DNA of 63,648 nt, filler included, from Phoronis australis (taxonomy: Eukaryota > Animalia > Phoronida): assembly GCA_002633005.1 (NCBI GenBank). It is 11 parts of 11 records of this genome, joined end to end, with 100 filler letters (N's around TTAATTAATTAA, not from the genome) between each part and the next. Parts side by side here need not be neighbours in the genome. Positions count along the whole stretch, not along the records: positions 1 to 2,818 come from NMRA01003404.1; positions 2,919 to 5,093 come from NMRA01003812.1; positions 5,194 to 7,317 come from NMRA01000684.1; positions 7,418 to 24,516 come from NMRA01000125.1; 7 more parts are not named here. One strand, written 5' to 3'. Within the stretch, counting starts at the first letter, position 1, and the number at the start of each line of letters is the position of its first letter. The position numbers were made by a program, and so were the translations under genes. The notes below the pieces were generated by a model. The model searched no databases, was not told the origin of the DNA, and saw only the letters and a list, made by a program, of their open reading frames with translations. Positions 1 to 13,446 of the stretch are shown here, piece after piece.

Positions 1-494
1 ACTAATAAACTGGCTGACAAAGTTTTTATTTTATGCAATGAAAGTAATATGTTTTGTCAACATTTTGGCTAAGTTTCATTCTCATAGCGGTGGGGGCAGA
101 TTTGGTACAGCAGTGTACTGAACACAACCTCAAAATGGCATAACGGGGGGCAGTGTAGTAAAACTACTAAATGAGGGCGGTAAATCGGAATCGTGTTTCA
201 AGGCATCTGTGTAACAATCTATAGGGACCACTAAACAATGCCAAGTGAATAATAAATCAATAGCTTTCATTCAAGGAAAAATATGAACAGTTAAAACTGT
301 ACAGTTTTTATACCGTGAAAACATGGCTGCGAAACCGTAAAATGTGTTTGAACCTATAACTTTAGAAAAACACAATATTTTGAGGAAACATTTTACCGCT
401 GTTTATAGATCCCATAGGACTACATATGTGCCAAATTTGGTGAAAATCGGCTGACCCCCACCTTGCCGCTCATGGTTGGTGCTCTCGTGGACTA
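1..494. mobile_element. End of a non-autonomous DNA transposon (ends ...GTGGACTA; Academ-like terminus), cut by the window start
   Basis: Subterminal motifs typical of invertebrate DNA elements (tgtgccaaatttggtgaaaatcgg, aaacatggctgc) ending in CTA. The other end is not visible, so the family is a guess. Confidence 0.35.
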
Positions 495-496
495 GT

Positions 497-757
497 ACTT
501 AATATCCTTCGGTTTTATTCTACCGTGAAAGGCGATTTTCTTTAATCCATTTTCGTGACTTTTGCATCACTTCATAAGTTATCACGGTGGAACTGACAGG
601 TATTACCAATCTATTTAAAATCAATATCAGATTGCGACCGACTGAAGCCTCTGTAAAACAACGCAAGGTTTACTCTTACTTCTTAATATCCTTCGGTTTT
701 ATTCTACCGTGAAAGGCGAGTTTCTTTAATGCATTTTCGTGACTTTTGCATCACTTC
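497..757 (+). repeat. ~78-bp direct duplication (497-572 and ~680-757)
   Basis: Two near-identical copies of ttaatatccttcggttttattctaccgtgaaaggcga...tttgcatcacttc about 105 bp apart. Confidence 0.85.
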
Positions 758-1908
758 GTAGCCACATTTTTAGAGAATTAGGAAGATTTTAGAGCCAAAG
801 TCGAGCAGTTAAGTATCAGTCAGGGAGACTTCTCAAATCATAGAGTCAGAAAACTAGTCATTATACTTGAAATTAAACTCCAAGTCATTTTGACACTTTC
901 CGATCCATTTTAATGCGAGCTGGAGTTAAGCATTTTTTATGCGTTACAATATGTCATAAACTAAGTATATGATAGTCTAATGATGATTCCGCAATTGACG
1001 ATTGAAACATTAATGCTACAACTTCGATTCTGAACCCAAAAGATTAAGCTTTTACTCGAGTTTGTACAAGTGCAGAGACAGTAAGTACCAACTAGGAATC
1101 GAAACTCATCTCCGGAAACCATGATTTGCCCGAACATACATCAATAAATATTTACCTCAAACCAGGACGAAAAACTGCAAGAATAATTCCGATTTCGATT
1201 TCGAGCACAAAAGTGTACTCATGGCATAGGAAAGGCAAATCTTCAGACAGTCAGCAAGTGTTCTATATTTAAAATCCGAAATAAGCCNGGACGAAAAACT
1301 GCAAGAAGAATTCCGATTTCGATTTCGAGCACATAAGTGTACTCATGGCATGGGAAAGGCAAATCTTCAGACAGTTAGCAAGTGTTCTATATTTAAAATC
1401 GGAAAGAAGCCACTAACCAAAACTTTGGAAGTGGTACAGATAAGTGATACGATGCTGGGATATAATTCGACATTTTCACATAGTACGGCCATCGAAAGAA
1501 GTCTGAGCAGTATTCTAAGACGAGTGTTGATATGCTGTACTCAAATCATAATGACACCACGTTAGCTTAGCAGGTTGACTACCAGCAGGTTGCAAATTCT
1601 ACAGGAGAGCTGTTCATTCCAAAACAATTAACAATAACTCTCTTCAACATTGCTCACCAAGTGTTGGCGTTAAATTCGACGCCAGACTCGCAGAAGTTTC
1701 CAAAAAGGCTTTGTAAGATCGAAAACCTCGATCCCATTTTCCAAAACACGATTTTGGAAGATACTATCAAGTGAAACTACAAGTTTCGCTGATAGTCCAC
1801 GACGACACCTCATGCTTTTTTGTGAATATTTCATTTGCGATTTTTTTCTTCCCTCCAAAAATGTCAAGCTGCATGTACAGTGTGAGGTATCATCACACAT
1901 CTAATTAC

Positions 1909-2130
1909 CTTTGTTAGAACACGGACTCAATGCAGGTGTCCATGAATTGTAACTTGTAGATCTAGAGGTAGAACTAGAGCAGGTGAAGACCTTCGATGAT
2001 GTTCCATCCGTGAAGACCTTGCTGTCTTTGCAAACAAGTGTCACAGACTGGCCCCTGTGTATAGTCTTCGCTTGGTTTCCACTCACAACAGTGTTCAATC
2101 TTGACAAGACAAGTTCGCACGAAGGCAAGG
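1909..2130 (-). CDS. Isolated internal exon encoding a sushi/CCP-like module
   Basis: ttttattaag| acceptor and AAAG|gtaatt donor; 222 bp, symmetric phase 1-1. Peptide LPSC...GQSVTLVCKDSKVFTDG...FTC...SWTPALSPC has the 4 Cys + Trp CCP pattern. Confidence 0.65.
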
Positions 2131-2818
2131 CTTAATAAAAATGATTGATGTCATTATCGCTTTCAGTACGAGACTTCTTTGTCATCTCTTTGATTGAATC
2201 CGGCTTAAACTGCCCACCAGCTGTCAGGCATACGCTTGATGTCAATGCTAATTCATCAAAGAAACGAAATACTCTAAAGCCCCGCCAACACACAGTACTT
2301 GCCTAGAACAGGGTGCACTTGTAGAACGTAAACTCACATTGAAATGGAGCGTCCAAACACAGAAATACACATATCCGGCAACAAGGCTAAAGTGGATGTT
2401 GTCACTTTTTGACTGACAATGAAGATCTAACGCGAAAACAGGGCGCAAACAGAGATCAGTCCATGAGTAATCGCACCTCATAATGACTCCCTCCATGTCC
2501 AAGGCTTGAGGCCACACAGTAATTAGAAATGGTACATATTATTCTAGAACAAGTTACCCTTACCTCCATAAGAGAGAATAAATTTCCACAAATGGGAAAA
2601 GTTACACTAGTTTGAATAGCTTGCATCAAGCCTCATAAATAGCAACAACTCGTTCTACAAGTAATTTGTTCTAGGGTAACTCTGTGTGTGGACGGTGCTG
2701 AAATTTAAAAAATAATAATTTTGAATTACTTTTTCTTATTTTACTTCACCTTTTAATACGAGGGCAATAAATACTAGCACCCATTATTAAATATCAAAAC
2801 ATTGCCATGTTACATATG

Positions 2819-2918
2819 NNNNNNNNNNNNNNNNNNNNNNNNNNNNNNNNNNNNNNNNNNNNTTAATTAATTAANNNNNNNNNNNNNNNNNNNNNNNNNN
2901 NNNNNNNNNNNNNNNNNN
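2819..2918. other. Artificial scaffolding linker N44-TTAATTAATTAA-N44 (first of ten)
   Basis: Identical 100-bp linkers at 2819, 5094, 7318, 24517, 33889, 38417, 42059, 49508, 58616 and 61385; the 12-mer gives stops in all six frames. Confidence 0.98.
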
Positions 2919-3499
2919 CACCACTTGGCGGCGCTAGTAGTAGCGGTAACAGCGAACTCACAAGTGAACTCTCCTATACTACTACACTCCTTGCTGTCAC
3001 TCTGTAGATATATTTCTTACTGTAATGACTGAAATCACAAAATTAAGTAGCAAGTTGTCCCTTCCTGGTTATCTCTTCCTGGTAGCACCCATAATCGTAT
3101 TGATCACTGTTTCTCACACAATTACCTCAGGAAGACTTGAAGGATTTTTGCAGGGATTTTCCAACTGCTGACAGAAAAAGATTGGTCCTGTGCGCGACTC
3201 AGTTTTCGAAGACAGGTGTTCAATATCATAAGGCGGGCAATCCAAACAATTTTAGCAAGTGAATGCTTGCGAATGTAGGAGAGTGCTAGCGACCGATTTC
3301 GATAGGTTGTTCGATTAGAAATCCAATATGAAACGCGTCGAAGATCGATTCTGCATTATCCCATGTTCACGCGACATGCTTACAAGTCATCGGGAGGGCT
3401 CAGTTAGTGTTCTTTAATTTGAACTTGATTTGCCAACAACCAAATATTGGCCGGATTCACACGAGTTGCTTTAGGTTTGCCAGCTATCTTCCAAGAATT

Positions 3500-3637
3500 T
3501 TAAAAACTCAGCTCGCATATGTTGGAAGTTCTAGGTCGCATTTTGCGACTTGATACGAGCTGGCAAAAATCTCAGCTCACATTTCCAATTAAATTTCAGG
3601 TCGCAAATGCGACCTGCAGCTCGTTATGTCAAGCCCC
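3500..3637 (-). mobile_element. Terminal fragment of the hAT-like 'CAGGGCTCGAC / gcgacctg' family
   Basis: Reverse complement of the terminus at 53352-53427, with repeated tgcgacctg/tgcgagctg subterminal motifs. Confidence 0.7.
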
Positions 3638-4465
3638 AATGGGCCCAATAGTAGTGGCGCGGGCAGTCTGAGCTCGTTCTTTTGCAAACGGACAGCATCA
3701 TTGATGTCGTGTAGTTTGTGCACCACTGGCTTTGGAATTGGCCAGATATTTTAATTTGAGTGAGTAACAACAAGTGTGAACCTGTGTAATAATACAACAA
3801 TATTTATAACAACGTGACTATGATAATTTAATTGGTGTGTGACATAATTTGCTAACAAGCTTCCGGCGTATGAAGCTCCTACAGGACCTGCAACGTCTCT
3901 AGTGGCCAGATACTGCTCAGACCGGCATTTTCTTAGACTTTCAGAGTTTCACTCAGAATCAGATGAGTTACCTGTAAACTTTTCGAGATTTATCGGCGTC
4001 TGGCATGGTGGTGGTTGATCTTACGAAATTGCTGTTATTTGAAAATAACTCTGAAACTCATAGTTTCGAAGCCGATAGCACTAATTTGTGCTACGTTCCG
4101 ACAATAGTTTTCAGTACACTGAATAATATTTTCTATTCCAAAACTGTTGACGTCCGCCATGACACATCTCGTGAAATCTCGCTGAAAAAATTAATCTAGG
4201 CAAAGCAAAAAAATAAAAAATAAATAATATTCTCTTATCTAACCGGGATGATATATGTTGAAATAGGTTTTACATATCCATAAAGCCTTCATAAGTAGAA
4301 AAAGAGCGTGAAATTGTATGCTGGGAGTGCAGACGACAAGGACACCGGCCCAGTCGATAACACTTGCGCCGCTGTTACACTGGTGAAGCAACACACAGGT
4401 TGGTGGAGAACGGGGAAGTTTGTTTGGGTTTTAGGTTCCGACCATTCGGCTTCAGAGTCTTAAGT

Positions 4466-5093
4466 ATGGATGCATTGAAAGAAATCAATATGTATGACTT
4501 TTTGCCGGAAGAGAGCGTCTTGCAGCCCTTGTGGAATTTAATCCTGGGCGGTGGACGAAAGGGGTATTTGAGTTCACCACTTTTTCCAATCGTTCTTAGC
4601 GTCTCGTTTTACTTTTCCCTCATTACACCGTTCATGATCATGGACTTGTTTGGGCACAACTGGAAATGGGTTCAGAAGCTGAAGATCCAACCAGATAAGC
4701 CTGTAACATGGGCTGCTTGCCGACGAGCGATTGCACTTACGCTTTGGAATCACATCATTTACATCTTACCAACGGCCATTGCGCAATATGTGTGGGTGCC
4801 GCATTCTATGATTCCAGACAAAGCGCCAGGACTGTGGGAATTGATATGGCAGAACATTGCCATGTTAGCCGTCTTTGACTTGCAATATTTCATCTGGCAT
4901 GGACTGCACCACTATTTCCGTTTCCTCTACCGGCACATTCACGCCATTCACCATGAGTACAGCAGCCCGTTCTGTTGGGTCACCCAGTATCTACACCCGT
5001 GTGAACTGATCACGGTTGGCATGTGGACGACAACTCTGCCCTGGATTTTCAAGGCCCATTGCTTCACAACTTGGGTTTTCATGCTGTTGAATA
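4466..5093 (+). CDS. CH25H: Cholesterol 25-hydroxylase-like protein (fatty acid hydroxylase/sterol desaturase family), 3'-truncated by a gap
   Basis: Uninterrupted ORF from ATG 4466 (MDALKEINMYDFL). It contains LQPLW, LSSPLFP, KIQP, FDLQYFIWHGLHH (His box 1), LYRHIHAIHHEY (His box 2) and TQYLHPCE. The third His box would lie beyond the gap. Confidence 0.85.
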
Positions 5094-5193
5094 NNNNNNN
5101 NNNNNNNNNNNNNNNNNNNNNNNNNNNNNNNNNNNNNTTAATTAATTAANNNNNNNNNNNNNNNNNNNNNNNNNNNNNNNNNNNNNNNNNNNN

Positions 5194-5759
5194 ATACCTC
5201 GGAAAGAAAGTTAACACTAGTGACATGCGTGTCGTTTTGCGACTGACCTATTTTTCCCGTACTTGGAGAGTATTGAAGAGCAAACTCGCGATTACCCGAG
5301 TTAGTTTGAATCGTTAACGACTTTGATGACGGCCAGTAGCAGACCAGATCTAACAAAATCCCGGATACTTTTACAACGGGCATTTCCTCCCTTTTCACAT
5401 CGCAAATTTAGCTACTCGTATGCACAAGTCAGTTAGAAAGCACTGATTCAACTTTCAGGCCGGCAACTTGCCTTGCGCTCTAGAGTCTTTCAATGGCGGT
5501 CGTGAAGAACAGTAACGCTGTACCTGCATGAATGAAGTCAATTTTAAGATCCGAAATTTGTAAGTATTTAACGCTGCAGATAAGAGCATAATCTAAACAT
5601 TTTCTACATGATCTAAAAAATCTATTTGGCGCGTAAAAATGGCGGGAAAAATTTTGCGACCTGGCATTTACGAATGCGAGCTGGATTTTGAAAATGCGAC
5701 CTGGGATTTTGGCTAGGTCGCAAAATGCGACCTGGCGATTTTAATAGCGTCGAGCCCTG
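5194..5759 (+). mobile_element. Right part of a hAT-like non-autonomous element (ends ...GTCGAGCCCTG)
   Basis: Highly similar over >500 bp to 50137-50809; the terminus is the reverse complement of CAGGGCTCGAC at 53352. Confidence 0.8.
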
Positions 5760-6012
5760 GTTAACGTGAATATTTATTTACAGTCCGTAGAAAAACAGCA
5801 TATGTGTTCCGACTATCTCAGCCAACTGCAAAATTGAGCGAGATAAATGTTCAAGAACTTTGTCGATCATTGTGCACACAAAAATGTGTTATAAATAATC
5901 AGAATGGAAAAATATTAATAAAATTTTACTTTCAATTCCAAAATTAGGTGGACTAACAGCGTTGACTTCATGAAATAACTGTAATAAAAAACTCGATAAA
6001 AATTCACATTAC

Positions 6013-6082
6013 CTGGATCTCAACGGCACTTTGCGAGCTGGTGCCAATACACTTTCCTGATGGATGTTTTCTTTTTGGCATC
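6013..6082 (-). CDS. Possible small exon of an unknown gene
   Basis: cattttag| acceptor and CAG|gtaat donor; open in two frames (e.g. MPKRKHPSGKCIGTSSQSAVEIQ). No homology recognised. Confidence 0.25.
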
Positions 6083-6500
6083 CTAAAATGCATAGACAGA
6101 AACATTTTGAAGAACAAAATTGTTCAGATTGCAGTAAAACAAGTTCAAGTTTGCACTTACTTATGAATACCAACTGATCTAATCAAAGATGTGTGCAGTG
6201 TCACATTAGAAAGAAAAAACATTATCAGTTTTGATTTGAAGTTTGAGAATGGAATCCTTTGTTTTGTTTTTATACAGAGAGTCAGTTTTCTTATCACCTG
6301 CATTTGCGTTAAGGTAGGTGGATACACAAAAAAATAAATTTTGACTGTTTTTTTACATTTTTATGTCATCCTAATCTTTAATACTTGGTGCACAGTATAC
6401 TGAAGAAAAATAAAATTATTCTGAAAATCCAAAGTTGTTTTTTTAGCTATATTTGACCAAGCCTCAGTAAGTCATATGGCTTGAGTGCTCACCAGCTCAG

Positions 6501-6530
6501 TGATTGACAACTGGGGCGGAGCTTATATAC
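6501..6530 (+). promoter_or_regulatory. Compact promoter-like cluster: CAAT-like (reverse), GC box, TATA
   Basis: tgattg at 6501, ggggcggagc at 6513-6522 and tatata at 6524-6529, in classical order. Confidence 0.35.
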
Positions 6531-7417
6531 AAGGACACTAGCTCTAATCTAACCCTGTCAACAAGCATTGCGCAACCGGCAATCGAGAGTGCTGTACCAG
6601 CTGATATTGGTGTTGTAGCAAGACCAAGAACAAAATAATTCTATTTTTGACCATGTGAAAGTTGGTAGTGAAATGGTGAACTAGCTCCTGTTCCGAGCCT
6701 GAGCCTGTTTGTCTATCTGCAAAAAAAATAAGTTGAGTACGCCAAGCCCTACCGAAGCCATCACTGCTCTCAGCTTGAGGAGTCCGTGCAGAAATTGTGC
6801 ATGTATAAGAGAAGTCGGTAATACAGGGTCAAGTGTCTTGCGAGAGGACGCTGAGTGTCGACGTGGGTGGTGTTGCACGATTCGGTGAGAGTGCATGCAC
6901 GCGCTGCGAAGACATGCTGCGCGCGTGACACATATGGACAACTACATGCCGTCAGAGTAGAGTCTTCGCAGATAAACCGTGCTTCTGTGCTGGGAACGCG
7001 CCGTGGAGAAACTAGGCTGTCAAACCCAGAGGATTTTTTAACTTGCCACTGGCCGTAACCCAAAGAATTAGAAATGACCCAGTGTTCAACATAACAAAAA
7101 TTTTCTAGTGCATAGATTCAAACGTAACCCTGAATTAAAACTCATGATATTTTACGATTTTAGAGGAAAGCAATATAAGAAACTTTAGTAACTTGAGAAT
7201 CTCACCCAAGCGACGCTATTTACGCAGAAAGTGATATTTTCTTATCCCAAAGTCCATTCGGTACAGGCACGTAAAAATGTTGAACCATTACTATGAAAGT
7301 AGTTCTTTATCCTCGTCNNNNNNNNNNNNNNNNNNNNNNNNNNNNNNNNNNNNNNNNNNNNTTAATTAATTAANNNNNNNNNNNNNNNNNNNNNNNNNNN
7401 NNNNNNNNNNNNNNNNN

Positions 7418-7718
7418 TTTATCAGTAGTTGCCCACATGGTGTTAAAATGCTTCTGAAAATATCAAAAATGAATTCAGCATATCCAAAAACATACAATTT
7501 GACAACAAGTTCATGAAAATCGGTTGGGCAGAGAAAGATTTATGAGGAAAAGCATTACTCACAAGCATCAAATGGCGGCCATTTTGAAAAATGGCCGCCA
7601 TTTTGGAATTTTAGGTGGCTAGTCGGGTAGATCTGTTGAGTATACCTTAGGATGTCACCATGCCAATTTTGGTGCTTGTATCATCAAATGCATGATTTTT
7701 CCACTATCTGCCCCGCTA
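7418..7718. mobile_element. End of a DNA transposon (ends ...CTATCTGCCCCGCTA), cut by a gap
   Basis: aaatggcggccattttg / aaaatggccgccatttt palindromic motifs and catgccaattttggtgcttgtatca, typical invertebrate DNA-element subtermini. Confidence 0.45.
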
Positions 7719-8701
7719 GTCGTTATCCCCCTTATCTAAAGCCCTCGTGGATTATGGAGATTTATTGCCAGAGGGTTGGGTTTGAATAATTTGGAAATAA
7801 AATTTGGCTTTTTGTAAAGTTTCTTGAGGTCCGCTGACGGGTCGTTATCTACCTTTGATGTCCAAGTTTTTGTACCAAAACAATTTCATCCGATTAGGTC
7901 GTCTTTGCAACCTCATGATCATTATCGTAAGGCGACGTCACCTTCAATTAATTGACGGAATGGAGACCCAGAAAAGTTCATGAGTCACGTCGATCGACTG
8001 CTTGTATCACTGTGGTAGATGACTTCTACTTAGCTTTACTGTGTTGTATGTTGTCAGAACAAAATTTCTTCCACATTCATCACATTATAATTTCGCAGCC
8101 CGTACCCTCGCCGCCATCAATTTCCACCAGGTTTTACAACTGCCGATACAAATTATTGTAAGGGACGCGGTCCTTCGTATGTCCCTAACATAATGTAAAC
8201 AACAATCACGTTTGTCTAACACTTTCAAATTGAACATGTTAACCCATATAAATGTTATGCCTGCAAGATTTTCAGAAAAAAAGTATTTCCGCTAAGAATC
8301 CAAAATATGTATGACAAACTAAAGACGCATCATGGAGAGGATAACCGTGACCCTTGCTCACGGTTTGTGCGGCTGGAGGGGCACAGTAGCTGACACGTGG
8401 GCCAATCCACTTCCACTTCGCACGTGGTGTGACGTAACCCAATTTGGCTTGTTGGGACCTTTGTAGCCAATCACAGCGAGAGCATCTGAAATGGAATATA
8501 CGTTGTGTGGTTTAAGACATTAAGACATGTTTTATTTTGAAAGAAGCTCCTTCCGCTTCGTTTCTTGGTTGTAAATTCCATAACGTAAATTTTAACGTAA
8601 ACTAATGTAGTCAAAACGCAACCTCAAAGGCAAAGGCAACCTTTTCACGTCACTTTTATCAAAAATAAGATTCATTGATTGTCCCAGACATATTTTTTCA
8701 C

Positions 8702-10009
8702 TTAGTTACAGCTTTTCGTAATTTAATTAATTACTCGTCCTCTACTCCGGAAATAACGGTTTGGGAGGAAAGAATTTGGTTCTGCGATGATTTTAGTGTG
8801 AGGATCTGTACTACTTTTGTTTTCGTGCTATTTTTCTAAAATTGTCGTCATCACTTCCCATCGACGAGTATTCTACGACAAGCCAGGTTGTTAGGGAACT
8901 TAATTACGTTGGATTTAGGGATTGTTTAGTTTGTAGTAACCTGAAATGGCTGGGGTCGGAGACCCATATCACAGTGACAGTAGTGACGTGAGTAACGGAG
9001 ACATTGTTCATAGCAGTGGTGACGAGGAATCTTTTCACAGACTGTCAGTGGTGGGTATATGTTTGAGCCCGAGTATAATGAGGCAGATACGCACAGGCAC
9101 AACTGTCCCACTTGCCCGAGTGTCCCGCGACACACTCACTCCCACTGGATGGTTACCTGAGCATCCAAACTGCTTACATCCCGCTGTGTGACTCCCTCGC
9201 AACACACCTGGCACCTTCTAAATAGCTCCAATACTTTAGACAAGTCCACAATCACAGTTTAGCTCACCGATCTGTTCATTGGACGAGGAACTGTCCCCTT
9301 CACCGGGTGCCGAACTGGGCCTATATTCACTCCCACAACTCAACATCGCTGCAGGGCTGCTTACAGGCTCTGTGTTAGAAACAACAGCACAGGGCGAATC
9401 ACTGCTAGTTCCCAGAATTGCACGCTCTGTACCTTTGGACGCACCGGTGACAGTAGACGAAATGCCTCCAGTCAATCTACAGGCCACAGCTCGCGAGGCC
9501 TCTCGCTTCAAAAACGCACTCCTCGGGGGTGGCGACGGTGCACTGCGGGAATCAACAGCGACGATATGGCACCCTTCTTCGGGCGTTGTTTCGCAGGGAC
9601 CTTCATCAATTCAGCGTACATATCTCTCTCGCAGAAAATGCTTGCCACACACTCGATAAGCCTCCACTGGTTTGAACGTTGGGTGGACGGGTAACGCTGC
9701 GTTCTCCACATGAACGAGCCAAGTACGGCGAAGTGTGTCATCTTTCAGAAAGCGATGCAAAGGTACTCCCAAAGCACGCGTGAGACGTTAATGAGTTCAT
9801 CCCGGCACGCAGCAACAGTGTGTTATGTTGACTGACCCGTTCACGAAAGAAAACGACGAAAAACTTATCACAACCGAGGTAGAACTGACTCGACAGCTCT
9901 CACAGTCAGACTATATGAACAGAAATTGGCGCGAAATTCTTGCCTCTCAGAACGTCACGTCCGGAGTAGAGGACGAGTAATTAACTAAATTACGAAAAGC
10001 TGTAATTAA
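8702..10009. mobile_element. ~1.3-kb element with 50-bp terminal inverted repeats
   Basis: 8702-8751 is the reverse complement of 9960-10009 at 48/50 positions. The interior is GC-richer, with short unrecognised ORFs. Confidence 0.8.
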
Positions 10010-11345
<1,336 letters not shown>

Positions 11346-11797
11346 AGTCTTAAGTAGGTTCTGAGATTAAAAAGCGTTGAGTTGAACAGAAACATGATGG
11401 CAGCATTTCATGGGATTTTTCGTGGTAAAATTATTACACGGTAGTCTCTAAGGCAAAGGAAACAAGCAAACGCGAACAGAAACTATGAAGCTTACAACTA
11501 CACAGAAACGACTACCTCTAAATCCAATATTGAACGTGCGACCAACTAAGTCATTGAGAACTTCTAATGTCTTGCGGGCGTAGTTTAATGGATCGTCAAA
11601 CGTTCCGAGCAAAACAATGGACCTGAAAAAATATGGAGTACCGGGGCATCAATACCGCAAGATATAATATCAGTTAGACCATTCCGTTCATGTTGGAAAA
11701 GTTACCTATGTAATAATACCAAAGAACTGCAAGCCACGATATTGAGCTCATGTATGAAAGTTAGAGTAGAAGAAATGACCTATTTTGACATTTTCTT

Positions 11798-12120
11798 AGC
11801 TTCGAATCTCCCCTCGGGATGAACGTTATCTGGGCATGTGCGACTTTATCACAGTTCAAGTCATGTGACTTCCGAACTGAAGAATGATTGGCTATAAGAT
11901 TGAATCTCGCAAATGCACGGAAAACGTTACAACAGTTTACGTCAAAATTGCCTGGGTACAATTGCAAAGCACCCGGGATACCTCAGTCATTCTCGCAGCT
12001 TCGAATTTCAGCTCTGAGGTGAATATTATCTGGGCACGTGTGACTTCAATCATAGTGTAAGTCATGTGACTTTCAAACAGAGAAAATGATTGGCTGTAAG
12101 ACTGAAGTTTGCAAATGCAT
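11798..12120 (+). repeat. Two diverged ~120-bp direct repeats (~200-bp spacing)
   Basis: agcttcgaat...ttatctgggca(t/c)gtg...aagtcatgtgactt...aatgattggct...gcaaatgca at ~11798 and ~11997. Confidence 0.75.
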
Positions 12121-13285
12121 AGATAACTTTAGGTTAAGAGAATAACGGAGGTGATCCAGTTAGTTGAACACATGGAAACCTTGAAATGTATAAGTTTATT
12201 TTATTTTTAAAATGGAACACAAGGTAGGTCAGAAGAGTGACAAAGTAGACCAATGAACATCGATTCTCTTAACTAAAGCAATACAGGTAACTTAATTTAG
12301 GTCAAAATGTGGCGACGAAAATAATTTTTATGAAGGCAATGTCCCTCAGCTAAAAACGGTAAGGTGACGATGTTCGCACACACTCTCAAAAACAGTCTTA
12401 AGCTTGGAATGGAGCCCCTGAGCGTAATTGCAGCGGTTATGAACAAGCCTTCTGCAAAAATCCTCAGTCTTGATTTCTATCACTTTACGTTACTGGATGT
12501 TTCTCAACTTGTTCGTAACCGTAACGAGATGTGATTTGTGAGTTTGGAAAGGACTGGCAATTCGTTACCGCTTGAGGCCATGTTCTGGGCTTAAATCTGA
12601 TGTCCCGCTGACGGCGACAAGCCAACTTATTGAGCTTGGTCTCGAGAATAATAAGCTGTCAATCATCCCGCAAGCCCAGAGGTCAACTCTCATGCTTCTA
12701 GAATTACTCCGCGGTGCTGTGTAGTCAATGCTTCACATGGATATCCGACGAATATACCGGTAGGTATAGCAGGTATCCAGGAAGGCGGCACTGCTGTGTT
12801 TTTAAACTACTCATGAAGACAGTAAAGAGCGAGCTGATGTAATATTTAAAATGACGGTTAGTGGCTTTGCTGTGCTTGAACTTTAATATCCTCTTCATCT
12901 CAATATCGCAATTGCACATTCATTCAAATAATCGCTCTCACCTTGATAAAAACTTGCACTGCACTAAGACAAATCACATGTCCATAAATTTTAACCTACC
13001 TTTACTGGATTTTTCATTCATTGGCTATTTTATTCACCGAACATTAAATGATTGACCATTCACTCATTCCTCCGATCCTGTGACAAAGGTTCCGGTAAAA
13101 AAAGAAAATGGGCCAATAAATACAAAAAATTCTTTACAGTAAGCAAAACATTTCACCTGATTGCTTTCATGGATATTTAATTAAGTTCATGCATACCCGA
13201 TCTCGAGATTATGCGTAATTCCAAGTTCACTAACAACAGCCTAACTGAATGGAAGCAACTTCAGTTTCAGAAGTTGTGAACGTAC

Positions 13286-13446
13286 CCATGCGGTATAGTT
13301 TGATACCACTGGTGCAGGGCTTGATCATCGGATGGTCTGCCGTAAATATCAAACTGTCGGAAATCGGTCTCTTCACCTGTGGTTCGATTCAATACCATGA
13401 CACTGTACGACCTGTATGCCACACTGTGAGCCACGGAGCTGCCAAC
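13286..13446 (-). CDS. Probable exon encoding part of an ILEI/PANDER (GG-type lectin) domain
   Basis: caag| acceptor and GG|gtacgt donor (161 bp). RSYSVMVLNRTTGEETDFRQFDIYG...ALHQWYQTIPHG fits the R-x-x-V-x-V-x-N-x-x-TG...FD-x-Y...L...IP-x-G pattern. Confidence 0.5.

Noticed and set aside
1165-1411. 123-bp tandem duplication
   Set aside because: It is centred on a single N (1288), the signature of an unmerged contig overlap; the same pattern occurs at 50554.
6549-6556. CTAACCCT as a telomerase RNA template
   Set aside because: It is only 8 nt and overlaps the expected TSS; I could not build the P3 pseudoknot pairing, P6.1 or a convincing H/ACA domain.
8393-8475. Cluster of CACGTG, CCAAT and TGACGT motifs
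   Set aside because: There is no adjacent first exon, and such motifs are common inside invertebrate MITEs.
12669-12790. In-frame TGA in a discoidin-like segment (RYIR...SMRVDLWAC) as selenocysteine
   Set aside because: The TGA is not at a Cys position, no SECIS was seen and the expected donor is absent; more likely a decayed exon or chance.
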